DNA of 63,953 nt, counting the filler, from Sphacelaria rigidula (taxonomy: Eukaryota), in the NCBI GenBank assembly GCA_964200075.2. It is 11 parts of 11 records of this genome, joined end to end, with 100 filler letters (N's around TTAATTAATTAA, not from the genome) between each part and the next. Parts side by side here need not be neighbours in the genome. Positions count along the whole stretch, not along the records: positions 1 to 5,724 come from CAXNAA020024951.1; positions 5,825 to 11,548 come from CAXNAA020024952.1; positions 11,649 to 17,371 come from CAXNAA020024953.1; 8 more parts are not named here. One strand, written 5' to 3'. Every line of letters begins with the position of its first letter. Within the stretch, counting starts at the first letter, position 1. The notes beneath the pieces were generated by a model. That model did no database searches and had not been told where the DNA came from. It was given only the letters and a program-made list of their open reading frames with translations. Position numbers and translations under genes: made by a program. Positions 1 through 12,713 of this stretch are shown one piece after another.

Positions 1-180
1 TACTCAAACGTCGAGTAGAGTAAATACTTGGGTATTTTACTCGAGTACTCGAAAGGACATACTTTACCTGACCTACCCTTGGACGTTTTGTATCCCAATG
101 TCATGTAATGCTACAACTGACACACTGGGTTCCCGCACTCCGGTAGTGTAAATTAAATGATACTGCACGACTGACACCAC

Positions 181-560
181 TAGTGGCGGGGAAAACGCCG
201 GTTTGACTCCCGCTAGATGCGTATTGAATGGTTTCACTTTTTTTCTGAGGAGTATAGCAGTTGATTTACCTTTCCCTCGTTGAAAGCGTGAAGACGTACG
301 CGAGTGGCGAAAATAGGATGAGCTTGACTTTGTTGGACGACAGTCGATGCGGTGCGGTGCGTAAGTGCTGATGGTCATGATCTAATCCGCGAGATCAAAG
401 TGTAGGGCTTGTATCGAGGGGGGGGAGATGGGTTTTTCCCTTGAAAGCACGGATTCATCCCAAGGACGGGGAGAGGTTGAGGTTGATTAAAAACAAATGA
501 AACAAGCATGCACCTGCTGTGTAAAACCTTCGTTGTCGCCTCCTGTCACAAAACATGCAT
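181..560. repeat. Degenerate interspersed repeat, probably a retroelement relic
   Basis: Same-strand similarity to 16165-16283 plus 16600-16830 (TTGAAAGCGTGA.GACGT, TTGTTGGACGA.AGTCGA, TGATCTAATC.GCGA, GAGATGGGT). The second copy is split by inserted elements. Confidence 0.55.
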
Positions 561-685
561 ATACATTTTGTATCACAGGTCCTACTCCTGTGTCCTAGAA
601 CCAGTGTACCTTCTCCAAATGCCTCCACTGTACCCGTTTATTGTAACGATATTGCACCTTAATTCGACTCATGCCGCACCAACAG

Positions 686-825
686 TAGCAGCAGCGACCG
701 GAGGAGGAGGAGGAAGAGGCGGAGGCGAAAGAGACAGCGGCGGTGGTTCGCCGTTACGGTTGCCAACCATAGAGGGCGACGATGATGCGGATGGGCTTTA
801 CCAAGACATGGAAGCTTGGTCATGA
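686..825 (+). CDS. Candidate terminal exon of an unknown protein (..GGGGGRGGGERDSGGGSPLRLPTIEGDDDADGLYQDMEAWS*)
   Basis: CAACAG acceptor, GC-rich open frame ending TGA at 825, followed by long UTR-like sequence; no recognised domain. Confidence 0.4.
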
Positions 826-3800
826 CAAAGGCCTAACTAGGGCAGCTGCTGTATCGAGAGGAAGGTCAGATTTGTATTGCTCTATTGTAGTTTAGTTCGG
901 CCACCTTGTTGTTATCGTCATTGTTGGTACCCAAGTGGCTTGTCGATAGTTCACCATAGATATGTGCCGCATGTCTGGAGCACCTGTGCGCTCGGTGTGT
1001 GGTGTGCGGCGTGCTGCTGCCCGATGTCAGTTTCTCTTCGCGTAGATTTCTGGGTGTTTACATGTGCATAGTGACCGTGCACTGTATGAATTACCGAGAG
1101 GTAGCGGGGGAGTGGGGTATGAGAAGGGGGTGGGTATAAGGGTTCGAGTCAGGAGTTTAGTTGGTGTTAACACTCGTTATTTACTTTTTTATGTTGCGAT
1201 ACAAGTGCACACAGACGCAATATATTAAATGAGCGTGTCGATCGGTTAGTGACTACCAGTGTGATCTATCTCCTAGAAGCTCTCGCTGCAGGCTGCTCTT
1301 TTTATTCAAGCAGGCGCAGCGATTTGTCGTTCTTGTTCTTGCTGGGGAGAGAGATATCGACTGGTTACTGGGGGGAGGGAGGAGCGAGGGGGGGCGTGTT
1401 TTTGGTGAAGACGCTCCTCACAGGACGAAAGAAAACAGACTGAGTTTTTTCGGAGCTCTCATACTCCACCAACGATTTGTCATGGTATCGTTGCCTGTTG
1501 AGCGCGGGGGTTACCTTTCCCGTAGGCTATTGGCGATGAAATGAAGTTGTGGGAGATTTTGCGCGCGGTGTGTTGCAGATTATGACGCGTCTGAAAAGCC
1601 ACAGCGGCAAGATAGTTGCCGAGGTCTAGTGCTGGGAATCGTTGGTTTCTGCTTTGCTGCATTTGTTCACCTTACCTGAAGAAAGAAAGAGGAGAAAAAA
1701 ATGGTATTCAGAGTTTTTTTATTCCTTGCCGTAATATGCTGTAATATAATTTGGAGATATGGAGATAGTATACTGACTGTATATATACATCTTCTATCGT
1801 ATATTTGTTGGAAAAACTATTTTAGCATCCATTTTGGTGGACGGAGGGAACACCTGTATTTGGCAAGCCATTTATCGCCAGGTGAAGATGATGGCCGGTT
1901 TCAGCGGTCGTTGGATACATCCTGACTTAACAACGTAGAACGTAAACGCTTTTTAGCAGGGAATCATCATTTAGACAAGAGTGCGGGCGACCATAATTGG
2001 AAGTCATTTTCTCCGGCTGATAATTCCGCCGGAGCTTGTTCGTGCGTATTAATCTTGTTTCTTTATTTTCCAGTTCGTGGAAAAGCTTGTTTCAGTTAGC
2101 CAGCTGTCATCACCCATTATCGCCGTTTCACCATAAGAAAGCACATGCGTTCTTTCGTTCATTCGATGTTTTTATCGATCCCGTAGGTCAGTGACGTTTT
2201 TGAAGGCCACGAGGACACCTGAAGTCATGCGAGGATAAGGATCGTATGCACGTCTAGTATTGCGCCATGTATTCTGCCTCCAATGCGTGTACTTATGTTG
2301 TGCACTGACGAGTCCGTTTTGTCTCGGCAGAACCCGAAGTGCCCTTGTTTGCGGATGTTGAGGCCCTAACTAGAGTGTACTCGATCCACTGTAAATAGAG
2401 GTGCCGATAAAATACGCAGTGTATACACACCGGTGCTTGGTGTTGAACCAACCGTCCTCCGATGATAGATGTTCGGCGCCATATCATAACCCACAGATCT
2501 AGAAGTGTACGTCGCAAATCACCCCCCCCCCCTCCCCCCCCCCAACAGGCTTTATTTTATTTCCTGCGAACCGCTCTGGTACTGTCGTTGGCAGTTGCCG
2601 CCCCAAAGGCCGTTTAAGCGTCGAGCGCGGTGTTTGATTATTCTTGACGGAAAATCCCTGCCTGCATGAATTTTTAGTACGTACATATGGTTGTTATTTG
2701 TATCACTACATTACGTTGGATAGACGGTGCTTCACTTTATTTTACGTCGTAATTGATTTTTGTGTGTGTTTTCATGTGTGTATATATATATATATATATA
2801 TGTATGTTTTCTCAAGCGCTGTTCTGTGCCTCCAGTTTGTCTTGGCCCCGTTCCAGAAGCGATACGTTTATTGCGTCGTTTATCGGTGAATATTTTATTT
2901 TTGACTGCGGGGCTAGCTAGATTGAAGAGCTAGTGCGATGATGGTTGAAAATATGAGTAATAGTTGTTGTAGCCATCACCTGATGGAGATCGGATAGGCT
3001 GGCGCTACATGGTCGAGATAAAGATGTTTTTTCAATTTACCTGGATTCATTGTTGATGGTAACCAAAAAAATATGGGCACGATGAAAACCGAAAAATGAA
3101 GCCAAGGGCAACCACCTTTACACAACGATATATGAAAAAGATGCCCAGCAAGACTCGTTTTGGAGCTAGTAGGGGAAGGGGGAGGGTGGGGGCAGGAGGG
3201 TCGTCATTCGAGATCATTGAAATTACTTGAGATGTCATGTCGATTCCTAAAACACCAATCGAACATAGGCCGTTATTGCTCTGGCGACTGGGGCTGAGGC
3301 TGGGAAAACGGCCAACCTCCTGTAAGTCGGGCACGAGTGACAAGCTTTTTGCCGTCGTTTACGTGCAGATTACTCTGCGATGTGTTGATATATATATATA
3401 TATTGTCGTTTTGAATCCAATCACTTCGAACACATTTCATATAGATAGCACCGGAATAGCTGTGGTGAGACCGCGAGCTGTTTTTGTTTTTAGGAGGTTG
3501 CTGTTGACGTCGATTATCTGATGAAATGATATGAAAGAAGTGGCACGGCACCCGTTGTGTCGGAAAAGGCTACACCGCATTTTACTGTGCTGCGTGAGAA
3601 CGCAGGGGACGCCTAGTATTCACATTTTCCCCTGAGTTTCTGTTGACGAGGATAGAGGAGCGGCAATGTGTAATTTAACGCTGCGACTCTTCACGTTGCT
3701 TGTACAGTTAACAACAGTAGTGAGGTCACTTTGCCGAGGTTCAGTGCAATGTAATGCAGGAAATATTTGTATTTGACGTTCAGAACTCCGTACGTGTGGA

Positions 3801-5650
3801 CGCAGAAAGAATGATCATACCCCCGGTGGTCTTTTACAAAGACAGTCATGAATTATTATTTCTTGTGATCATGATGGTATGATTACTCCATGTATACTTA
3901 CATTGTGTATATCTTGTTTATTTCCCACTTTCCCATCTCATGGTGTAATGTCCCCGAGGCGCAGGGGGTGTAGTCTCAGCCTAGCGTACTTCTCTGGGCG
4001 TTGTCAAAGATGAAATGAATAGACCTAGCTAGCGTTGCGACATGATACTCGGTTTTCATTTATTGTGTGTTTGTTAGTACTGCACTGTGTTGACTGTTGT
4101 CCTTGTGGAGGAAATAAAACGCGTTGGAAGCAAAGTTGGACAACTGCAACCAACCGTTGACCGGTCAGGTAGTGGTTATTTTTGGTCCTTCTCAGCTCAT
4201 GCGATCGTAGGGGGGCTTGATTTCAACGTACATATGCTCTTGCAATACAAGAAAAAAGTCGGAACCTTTCTATTTTGGTCTACGAGAAAATATTGCCCTC
4301 TCCGTGAACATGAATTGAGTGGAGTTGAGCGGTAAGATGTATTGAATATATTGGTGACGGATGTCCAAATAGATGGTGCAGTTAATTGATGTATGTACAT
4401 GTAATATAGGCCAAGGACTCTCCCGCTGGTGCTGTTATTTTCGCGTGCGATGGAATGATTCGTTGTTGCAATCTCTGTGTGTCTTACCCTCTGTCAATAT
4501 GTAAATGTTCGCGTTCGCGGAAAAGTCGAAAGCTCTTCAGGCAGCTGGCTCTGAATATTCACGGTCGGTAATGTCCCGGGCTAATACCTTAGCCGCGCCT
4601 TGGGAGAATGACGGCGATGCCCCAGCTCTTTGCTTTGATTTTCCCCTTGGGGAACTTTTTTTCCTTCTTTCTTTCATGCGTAGTCAAGTTCTCCTCACTG
4701 TTTTTGTTCCCGTAGCAGATATTACGTTGACTCTTTTGCGGCTGGTGGGTTCCTGCGCCCGTAACGGATGGCGTATGTGCCATTTTGCCTCCAAAACCAA
4801 TGTCAAGTGTGTGGGCGTCAGCGTCCTGTCTCACGGACGATATGTTGGACGGCCACACGAGTGGGTGTGTGATATGCTTGGCCGTACTGTAGTGGTGTGT
4901 CCGGCCGTCGAGCTGGTAAAGTTTTGTGAGTTCCAGCGGCGGTGTTGCTGCTAGGTGCATTTTTGTCTCGCCCGTGGAGAGATTGCTGTTTGCTGCAGTA
5001 GTGCTGTTCACGCGGGCCTAGGGGTTTCGAGTTAGTTGTATAATAGTAGTAGTATTGATGACTGATACTCACGTATAAGCGCGTGGAATCTAACTGTGTG
5101 CTGTTGGACGGTGGTAAATTGTTTGTCGACAGTATTTTCACTTCTGTTTCTTCCTTTTTTCTCTCTCTCGTTGCTCTGTGTTTATCTCTCTTCTATTGGG
5201 TTTGTTGTTATATCCATCGTGTAACTACGTACGTACGTCCGTACGTGCGCAACCGGAAACTGCCGTGTGTTTTATTCCCCTCTCGTACCGTACTGGTATG
5301 AACTGCAACTTTTTTTTTGCTCTCTTGTTTTTTTTTTTTTAGCAGATGCCGACAGATATAATGTTGCCAGCATACGCCACATACACAAAGAGGGTAACTT
5401 TGTGCTTGCTAGCTTCACGGTGCTCAAGACCTTGTGAACACATGGAGGGGGGGGGGGGGGGCTGTGGCGCATAGATGCGCACGTATGAGGGATGGATGCA
5501 TCGGCGTCAATTCGTCAGCGACGTGCCGCTGGATTCGATTTGGGGGGCGGGGGGACTTGACCTCAGTCATTTTTCACCTCCAGTATCAAAACATGGCCGT
5601 TTTGAGTTGGTTAGATGATGTTCTGAGATCCGCCATCTGATCCCGGAAGT

Positions 5651-5682
<32 letters not shown>

Positions 5683-5724
5683 TTGTAAAACGCGGGGGAA
5701 GAAAACGGGGGGAGCGTCATCTCC

Positions 5725-5824
5725 NNNNNNNNNNNNNNNNNNNNNNNNNNNNNNNNNNNNNNNNNNNNTTAATTAATTAANNNNNNNNNNNNNNNNNNNN
5801 NNNNNNNNNNNNNNNNNNNNNNNN
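5725..5824. other. Artificial scaffold linker (first of 10; others at 11549-11648, 17372-17471, 23195-23294, 29018-29117, 34841-34940, 40664-40763, 46487-46586, 52310-52409, 58132-58231)
   Basis: Identical 44N-TTAATTAATTAA-44N blocks with stops in all six frames; intervening segments are 5724, 5724, 5723 x7, 5722 x2 bp, i.e. length-sorted scaffolds. Confidence 0.98.
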
Positions 5825-6160
5825 TGTTTACTCACGTTCTCACGCTTTCCACGGTGGAAATCACATACTACGAAGAAAAAATACGACACATGGGGGGGGG
5901 ATCGAACACTACACCACCGGGGCCCGGCGGCCTACAGGGCATAAATGCTACAGATGGCGTAGCAGCTAGCAGCTTTTCAATTGATACAAGGTACATCGTA
6001 CTATGGAGCAATAACATTTTTCCATGTACGAGCTGGGCCAGCCAAGAAACTCGTATTAATTCGACACACGATAACTTGATTCACTTTCCCGAATTTTCCT
6101 GGTGTAAGGATATCGCTGTGAAATGCGGACTTACGTGCTGATGCACGCTCTGCCGCTTAA

Positions 6161-6364
6161 CCCTTAGACCGCGAGATTAGTTCATCTGGGTCATGCATAC
6201 TTTTTTTCACTTGAATTTTTTATGCTGATTCAACGGAAGACTAACCTCGCGGTCTAAGGGTTAACCCTTGGACCGCGATGCGGGTAGTCCATTTGGATAA
6301 CGAATACTTTTTCAAGTGAAATTGATGCCTATTCAGCAGGTGACCTACCCTCGCGGTTAAAGGG
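6161..6364. mobile_element. Two adjacent ~100-bp piggyBac-type MITEs (6161-6260, 6265-6364)
   Basis: TTAA-CCCTTAGACCGCGAG...CTCGCGGTCTAAGGG-TTAA; CCC/GGG termini with TTAA target site are piggyBac hallmarks. Further copies at 7096-7193, ~29365-29461, ~38464-38565, ~39613-39710, ~39897-40000. Confidence 0.85.
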
Positions 6365-6374
6365 TAAATGAAAG

Positions 6375-6512
6375 AAAAAAAATGTCCTGCAAAAAAAATG
6401 ACGTCAACGACGGAACAAGATTTTGCGAAAGAAGTATCTGTCGTGATTCAAACTCGTGATCTTCCGCCGGTATGGACGCCTTGTGCCAGTTAGGACAACA
6501 GGGAGCAGCGGT
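6375..6512 (-). mobile_element. tRNA-derived SINE, family 2 (degenerate)
   Basis: Minus strand has A-box-like TGTCCTAACTGG, B-box-like GAGTTTGAATC, then TTCCGTCGTTGACG; homologous to the plus-strand copy at ~11719-11810 (GGGTTCGATACCC...TTCCGTCGTTGACGGCAT). Confidence 0.5.
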
Positions 6513-7095
6513 GTAACAAGAAGTGTGAGGAGTTTTGAGCCGAAATTTTACGAAGAAATTCTGCACGCAAGTTGAAAATTCATGGAACCAACCGCAATTT
6601 TTTTATGATTTGATCCCAAGTACGACGTCCCCCCCCCCCCCCCCCCCCCTCGCTTCCCCACACCCAACCCCCCTCATCCCCCCAACACTCTACTTCTTTT
6701 GTNNNNNNNNNNAAAAAATTCGTCACGCAAGTTGAAAATTCCCGGAACCAACCGCAATTTTTTTATGATTTGACCCCAAGTACGACCCCCCCCCCCCCCC
6801 CCCCGGAAATTTCAAATCGCTCCAACTTTCTGTGTCTTTCATCAGTGTTGGTTGCTTCCGTTACTGACGCGTATTGATAATATAAAGCTCGTGTCAAAAT
6901 TGCAGCTCCCGCCTCCTTGACCCTTTTGGAACCCATTGACAATTTGTGTTTTTGTGAATCGTCATCATTTTCAAGTCAAAATGATGCCGATTTACAAAAG
7001 TAAAAATCGTCATTGGGTATCCAAAGGAAGCACGGCAGAACTAGCCCAACCGCCAGTAGAAACTCTTTGACTGGCCCAGCCCGAAGCACCTTTAA

Positions 7096-7193
7096 CCCTT
7101 AGACCCCGAGGGTAGTCTATCTGAATCATGCATACGTTTTTCACGTGAAATTGATGCCGATTCAACAGATGACCTACCCTCGCGGTCAAAGGG
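7096..7193. mobile_element. piggyBac-type MITE
   Basis: TTAA-CCCTTAGACCCCGAG...CTCGCGGTCAAAGGG-TCAA; same internal sequence as 6265-6364. Confidence 0.85.
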
Positions 7194-7362
7194 TCAAGGT
7201 TCATATTCTTCATCTCCAGAAAGGCGAAGAACCATGACGGGGTGATCGGTATGGGTCACAGAAGATTGGTCGCAACTTCACGGTGAGACTTTGAGCGGCA
7301 AGAAGCTTCAAAGTAGAACAATGGTGCCGGTCACTCCCTCCTCATTCCCGCCCCCCCGGCAT

Positions 7363-7733
7363 TGCCCTGTGGCAAAGCAAAAGAGACCAGAACTCATATA
7401 GTGACAGAATGTGAACTATAATTTAACTATACAACGATGAACGGGACGTGCTAGAGGGAGAAATGCGGGACGTGAACGAAGCTGCCATGAAATCGTTTGA
7501 CGCATTGGATAGTAGCGAAAAAACGATGACTATACTAAAAGATGGATGGTGGCCACAGACGGCGAAACAGGACGGGGATGAAATATGAAAACGTTTTTGT
7601 GTAATGTATGGAAGAAGCGTAATGAGCACCTGAATGCTGGAGGTGCCTCTATTAGGAATAGGAACGGGTGCTCCGTCTCGAAAGGGATGTGTGGTGAATG
7701 ATCGAACGAATGAGGTCAGCAACAAATGAGTAC
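7363..7733 (+). mobile_element. 5'-truncated LINE (3' end of RTE/RTEX-type ORF2)
   Basis: Translates with a disruption as CPCGKAKETRTHIVTECEL..ERDVLEGEMRDV..GWWPQTAKQDGDEI..FLCNVWKKRNE, i.e. the CCHC zinc knuckle and C-terminus of LINE ORF2; ends ...CAACAAATGAGTAC then a C-run; C-run also at the 5' junction. Confidence 0.85.
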
Positions 7734-7791
7734 CCCCCCCCACCCCATCCCCCCGATCCACTCCCTGCATGCCGCTTGGATATGCAACCAG

Positions 7792-7926
7792 GTGATGCGT
7801 CCACGATCATGCACAATGTGTCGAGAGTGCATCCGACAAGATGGATGGAGCGAGAAAGTTTCGCTGTCTCGAACTGCTGACCACTTCATCTTCAACATCG
7901 AATCCGTCGGCATGTTGTCTCCCAAG
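7792..7926 (+). CDS. RPAC1: RNA polymerase I/III subunit AC40, penultimate exon
   Basis: CAG|...|GTAAAA, 45 codons, phase 0/0: VMRPRSCTMCRECIRQDGWSEKVSLSRTADHFIFNIESVGMLSPK; matches the AC40/RPC40 motifs PRxCTMCRECIR and DHFIFxIESxGxLxP. Confidence 0.9.
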
Positions 7927-8490
7927 GTAAAAGTTGAACTGAGCAGCCTCGGTGATGTCATCTGCACCTCGATTTCAATTTCTCGAGGAACCATAGCCTA
8001 TTATTTTGTGTGCAATTCCAAATAAGTAAACTTTCGAGGATTGAACGTGACCGCAGCACTTTCCCGGAAGACTGAGGTTGAAACACTGATGCCCGTGCAC
8101 GGTAGCGGAAAAAGTACGCCCGTGGGCACGCCATCCCTCTGCGAGAGGCCGGAGGACAAGGCCATGATCTCTCGTCCTCCCACTGCAGAGGGTAGCGTTG
8201 CGCCGATTTGTAACCACGTGTTACTGAATGTGCGGTCTCGTGCGATCTTGATGTAGAGCTCAGTATGCCTCAGCATGTGTATGCGGCAATGAAGGTTGCC
8301 CGGGTTCACAGTCTTCGCGCTGCGAGCACACACGAAGACACCGACGCTCTGATGATGAGGTTACGAGTTGGTGTAATGTTGTGTAGGGCTGAACTAGAAA
8401 TGTCTTCGTCTGAAACTCCTCCTTGAGGTTCAAATGTACTCACGTGTATGTGCCCCCGCTTCACTTCGTCTGCCCCTGCCGCCGTTACAG

Positions 8491-8598
8491 CAACTTCTCA
8501 AGGATAGTATCCAGGTTTTGAAGGACAAGTGCGACACTTTGATCGCGCACGTGGAGGACTACGAAGCGGGAGTAGATTTTGATGAGGCCATGCCATGA
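8491..8598 (+). CDS. RPAC1: RNA polymerase I/III subunit AC40, last coding exon
   Basis: Pyrimidine tract + TTACAG acceptor, phase 0; QLLKDSIQVLKDKCDTLIAHVEDYEAGVDFDEAMP* continues the AC40 C-terminal helix (IxVLxxKC). Confidence 0.85.
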   Translation, partial: QLLKDSIQVLKDKCDTLIAHVEDYEAGVDFDEAMP

Positions 8599-9957
8599 CA
8601 CACAGCACAGACGCGTTCGGGAAGGCACCGGATTGGTGGCAAGGACAACGTGGTGCTCTCATCTCCGGTCACTCCTTCGCGCAATTTGATTGAATCAACC
8701 GCCAGAGTGTCGCACAGTCGTGATCGCGTGTAGTGCATGCTGCGCGATAAGCTGGTCTCGTGTGTGTGTCTTCGTATGTCCGTGCGTGCGTGTGGTTTTG
8801 TATCAAGAAAGGAGGAGAAAAGGAGAAAATAGAGCGCCGTGACCCGCAAGATGTGCGGAGGTAGACACGACCGACCTTGCGTGTTTGTCCTGTCGGTGTA
8901 TGCTGAGATGGTTGTGGCCTTCGCGTGTTGAACATTCCAGATGGCTTGACACAACAGGAGCTACGGCAAGAACGATCGCAAGCATAACGCACAGTTGTCA
9001 CATGACACATGCACAACTCGCTCCGACGAAGCCGCAATACCCCCAATTTCGCGACGACGTTAGTGCGATCTGGTGTTTTTTTTGTTGTTGTTGTTTATGT
9101 GCTTCTCCTTCACGAGCTGAACCCTGTATCTGTTTCTGTGCTTCATCAAGCCTTCGAACCTTGGGGAAGACCGCGACAAATCTTCGATACGTACAGTCGC
9201 GGCGACCGAGAATGAGTATATAGCATGTTGCGAATAGCTTTCTCTCGAAGGAAATGGTGCGGGGGGTGGCATGTGGCTCCTCAACCAAAAATATCTAACA
9301 ACTCAATACCTCCCCGAGTGTCTGCTTCTGATGGAGGGGTAGGGCAGGGGGGAGGGATTTAAGTTTGACTTCGCAAGCCTCACGATAGAAACTGCCACCG
9401 ATGTTGTAGAACATGTTACGAACACAGGAAACCACTCGGCTCCCGTGGAGACCACGGAAACATAATCGCGTGGTGATCTGCGCAAGCTGAACACTTTTCT
9501 TCACGGAAACACGAGGGCAAATAGCACAACAGTACAACACACAACGTGTTGAGCCTTCACACCTTCCGGTGACTTCACCGATCCCCTCCCCTCCGCTTCC
9601 CCATGAGACTGGCTGAACCCTGCCGCATTCACTACCTCTCTCGAACCCACCCAAAAGAAATATTCCTGGCACACACCTCTGTTTTTCACATATTATCCTT
9701 GAGGGGGTATACCAGCTACTACACGATTTCATAAACAAGGAGAGTTACTTGAACTGAGTATACATGAAGAAATCACTTGATATTAGAGTAACTGAGGCAA
9801 GTTGCGTGAGTGTAGGTGACCCAAGTCACATAATCACATCGTTGGTGCTTGGTTGGTGACGTTGGTCCACCAATCACGTTGCTAACGGTTGGACTATCCC
9901 TTACTACGGCAGTTGAGGATATACCGCAGGAGATGTCGAATTCCCAACTAACCAACT

Positions 9958-10371
9958 AACAGTGGATTTTCGAAAATGGGGTTGAAAAAAAAAGGCGGTT
10001 CAACTCGAAAGCCATGCTTTCCCTGACCTAAACTCATGACAAATGACTTTCATACGGACCACCTCATCCTTCCCGACCTCCCAAAAACTGATTCGGGGGG
10101 TTTCTAGCCTTCCGTTCCCCCAAAGGGTATGATGAGCGAAAGCACACTTTTGCCTCGATTTGGCCCGAGAATCGTGCTTTCGCAGATACCTTTTGGGGGA
10201 ACGGAGGGCTAGGAACCCCCCGAAATAGCTTTTGGGAGGTCGGGAAGGATGAGGTCGTCCGTATACTGTAGAAGTAATTTATTTCTCATTAATTTAGGTC
10301 AGGGGAAGCACGGCTTTCGAGTTGAACCTTATTTTTTTCTTCAACCCCATTTACGAAAATCCACTACTGTT
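9958..10371. mobile_element. Foldback MITE, ~410-bp near-complete palindrome
   Basis: AGTGGATTTTCGAAAATGGGGTTGAA...TTCAACCCCATTTACGAAAATCCACT; arms pair over ~190 bp with a short loop. Confidence 0.85.
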
Positions 10372-10625
10372 AACTATATTCTTCGGAGCCGGTTGGTTGA
10401 GTGAGTTAAGACCCGGAGTCCACTCAAGGTAACGGAGACGAGAGGTAATTCAATACTGCTATCGATTGAGTTCACCCTTACGGCACTGGCGATGGAAAGT
10501 GTAGATATCGAGGTGCTGTTTTTTTAACCACGTATGGTTGAGTTTTTCAAAGGCAGGTGAGGTAGGGTATGCACTTTTTCAATGCTTGAGTAAAACACCT
10601 AGGCTTGCGTTTCTTATGCGCGCAT

Positions 10626-10936
10626 ACGAGCTGGGCCAGCCGAGAAGCGAATTTTTAGTTTGCAGGCCCATTAACCGGCCAATATTTAGAGTTGGACCCT
10701 GAATTTTGGTACGGATAACGAATAGGGCACGACGAAATCAAACACCAGTGCACACAATTGTTTTTATTCATGAGCTAAGGGCATTTTACTGATGATACCT
10801 GAAAACTGATTATTGTCTTTAATTCATGAAAAAAACAAAAAAAAATGTGTGCACTGGTACTGTTTTTATTACGCCGTATTCATTGTCCATACCAAATTTC
10901 AGGGTCCAACTCTAAATATTGGCCGATTAATGGGAC
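10626..10936. mobile_element. Non-autonomous DNA transposon with long internal inverted repeat
   Basis: CCCATTAACCGGCCAATATTTAGAGTTGGACCCTGAA...TTCAGGGTCCAACTCTAAATATTGGCCGATTAATGGG; terminus TACGAGCTGGGCCAGC recurs at ~6027 and ~51196; related copy at ~23429-23680. Confidence 0.7.
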
Positions 10937-11082
10937 GTTTAGTGACGGGGTCAGAAATTCGGCTCTCCCCTCGCCAAAAAATTCGATGACCTATATATAT
11001 CTCTTTCATTCAGCATACATACCTCTGTGGTTGTGTATCCTCAGTTTCAAATCACAATTCTAAAAGTTGAGCTGAGGAGGCC

Positions 11083-11395
11083 GGATGTTATGGCAAACAG
11101 ATTTTTGGCCCACAGCTTCTTCACTCTTGGGACGTTTGACCCACCTTTTGACGCCCAAACCAAGAAAACCGCCAGCACAGCACATATTTTTGCGCACGGA
11201 TTTTTGTTCAGCGGCCAGTCTCGAAACCTCGGAGCCAAGTGAATCTGAAAAGCAGACCAGGCTCCTCTCTGTGGGGTGATGCAAAGTGTCTGAGACGTGT
11301 GTGGCGGTTTTCTTGGTTTGGGGGTCAAAAGGTGGATCAAACGTCCCAAAAGTGAACAAGCTGTGGGCCAAAAATCTGTCCACCACAACATCCAT
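11083..11395. mobile_element. MITE with ~95-bp terminal inverted repeats
   Basis: CAGATTTTTGGCCCACAGCTT..GGGACGTTTGA.CCACCTTTTGAC.CCCAAACCAAGAAAACCGCCA and its reverse complement at ~11303-11379. Confidence 0.85.
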
Positions 11396-12282
11396 CCAGC
11401 CTCTACGGCCCAAGAGCAGCATTTATTTCTCCTCAGAACTGCCCCAAAACCCCCGAAAAAAATGAGAGAAAAAAAACGAAAAATTGAAGAAGCTGTTTAT
11501 TACGCTTCAAACAGCCAATCATCTATGTTGAGGATGGTGCTTTTGATTNNNNNNNNNNNNNNNNNNNNNNNNNNNNNNNNNNNNNNNNNNNNTTAATTAA
11601 TTAANNNNNNNNNNNNNNNNNNNNNNNNNNNNNNNNNNNNNNNNNNNNCTCCAACATCCTGGCGCTCATTACTTTCCTTCCGTAGCTCATTACGTTTCTT
11701 CCATACATTACACAAGACAAGGCGGAGAAGACCCGGGTTCGATACCCGCCAGACTAATCTAGTTCGGTTTTTTCCTCGGAAGTATTTGACTTCCGTCGTT
11801 GACGGCATGAGGGCGTACTTGAGGAGCAACGCAACAATATATTTAGCTGAGTACGTTAGGAGACAGTCGACCCGGCGCGGGAGTTATTATGGTCATGATC
11901 CAATCCGCGGTACCAAAATATAAGGCGTGTGCAATACCGGGAGGGAGATGGGTTACTGTAATCGATTCCTTGAAACCACGCACTCGTCGGGAGGACGAAG
12001 AGAAGAGAGAGGGGATGATGGAAGTCATGGCGCTGTACGGCTTGTGCGAAAAGACTGCTGGTTCTGGGTCACATGCTTTTGAGCTTTGCGTATTGTAGCA
12101 GTCAAGAACGAGATTATAGCTCTACTTCTTGACCATGACCCCAGCCCTGATCCCTGACCCCTGACCCTGACTTGGACCCGAAGGCGGAGCATTGACAGTT
12201 CCAACGGTTGCTCGAGATAATTGGCAAAGTTGTTCAGAGGAACAAAGACAGTGTTGCCACATCGCCTCCCTTCCCTACCCTC

Positions 12283-12383
12283 CGAGGTGGAGGTGCCCCT
12301 CTTAGGAGTAAGATGGGTTCTCCGTCTCGAAAGGGATGGGTGATGAATGGTAAGATGACAGAGGTAAGTAACGTATAAGGACG
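12283..12383 (+). mobile_element. LINE 3'-end fragment
   Basis: GGAGGTGCCCCTCTTAGGAGT..CCGTCTCGAAAGGGATG..; C-rich tracts on both sides. An internal minus-strand fragment of the same family lies at 11649-11718. Confidence 0.75.
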
Positions 12384-12713
12384 CCGCCCTCCCGCCCCCC
12401 CCCCTCCTCTCTGCGTGGAGTTGCTAATTTTCCGTTGACAGTTGGCGACGAAGTAGGCTATCGAGCTCTCGCTCTTCGACCGTGTGGCCTTCTGATTTGT
12501 CGACGACATGCCCAACGAACGCAAAAACGCAAACATGGACACAACTAGACGAAATTCACGGAAGATATACTTGAATTTTCTGTCTCATCCCCCCGGCCGC
12601 CCTCTCATACCCACCCATAACCCTGCACGTGTGTCCATACTATACACATCCCCGAATATACAATATCCAGTTTGCTGTGCTTCCTCGTGGTATCAACGGG
12701 CTACACATACCAG

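Noticed and set aside
5769..5780. TTAATTAATTAA motif recurring every ~5.82 kb
   Set aside because: Artificial six-frame-stop linker between N runs; not biological, and it invalidates cross-linker gene neighbourhoods.
6556..6803. ~75-bp direct repeat (also a shorter one around 51655-51860)
   Set aside because: Both straddle 10-N scaffold gaps next to C homopolymers; could be assembly overlap.
7716..8333. pogo-like transposase on the minus strand
   Set aside because: The suggestive peptide is antisense to the RPAC1 exon, which has far better motif and splice support.
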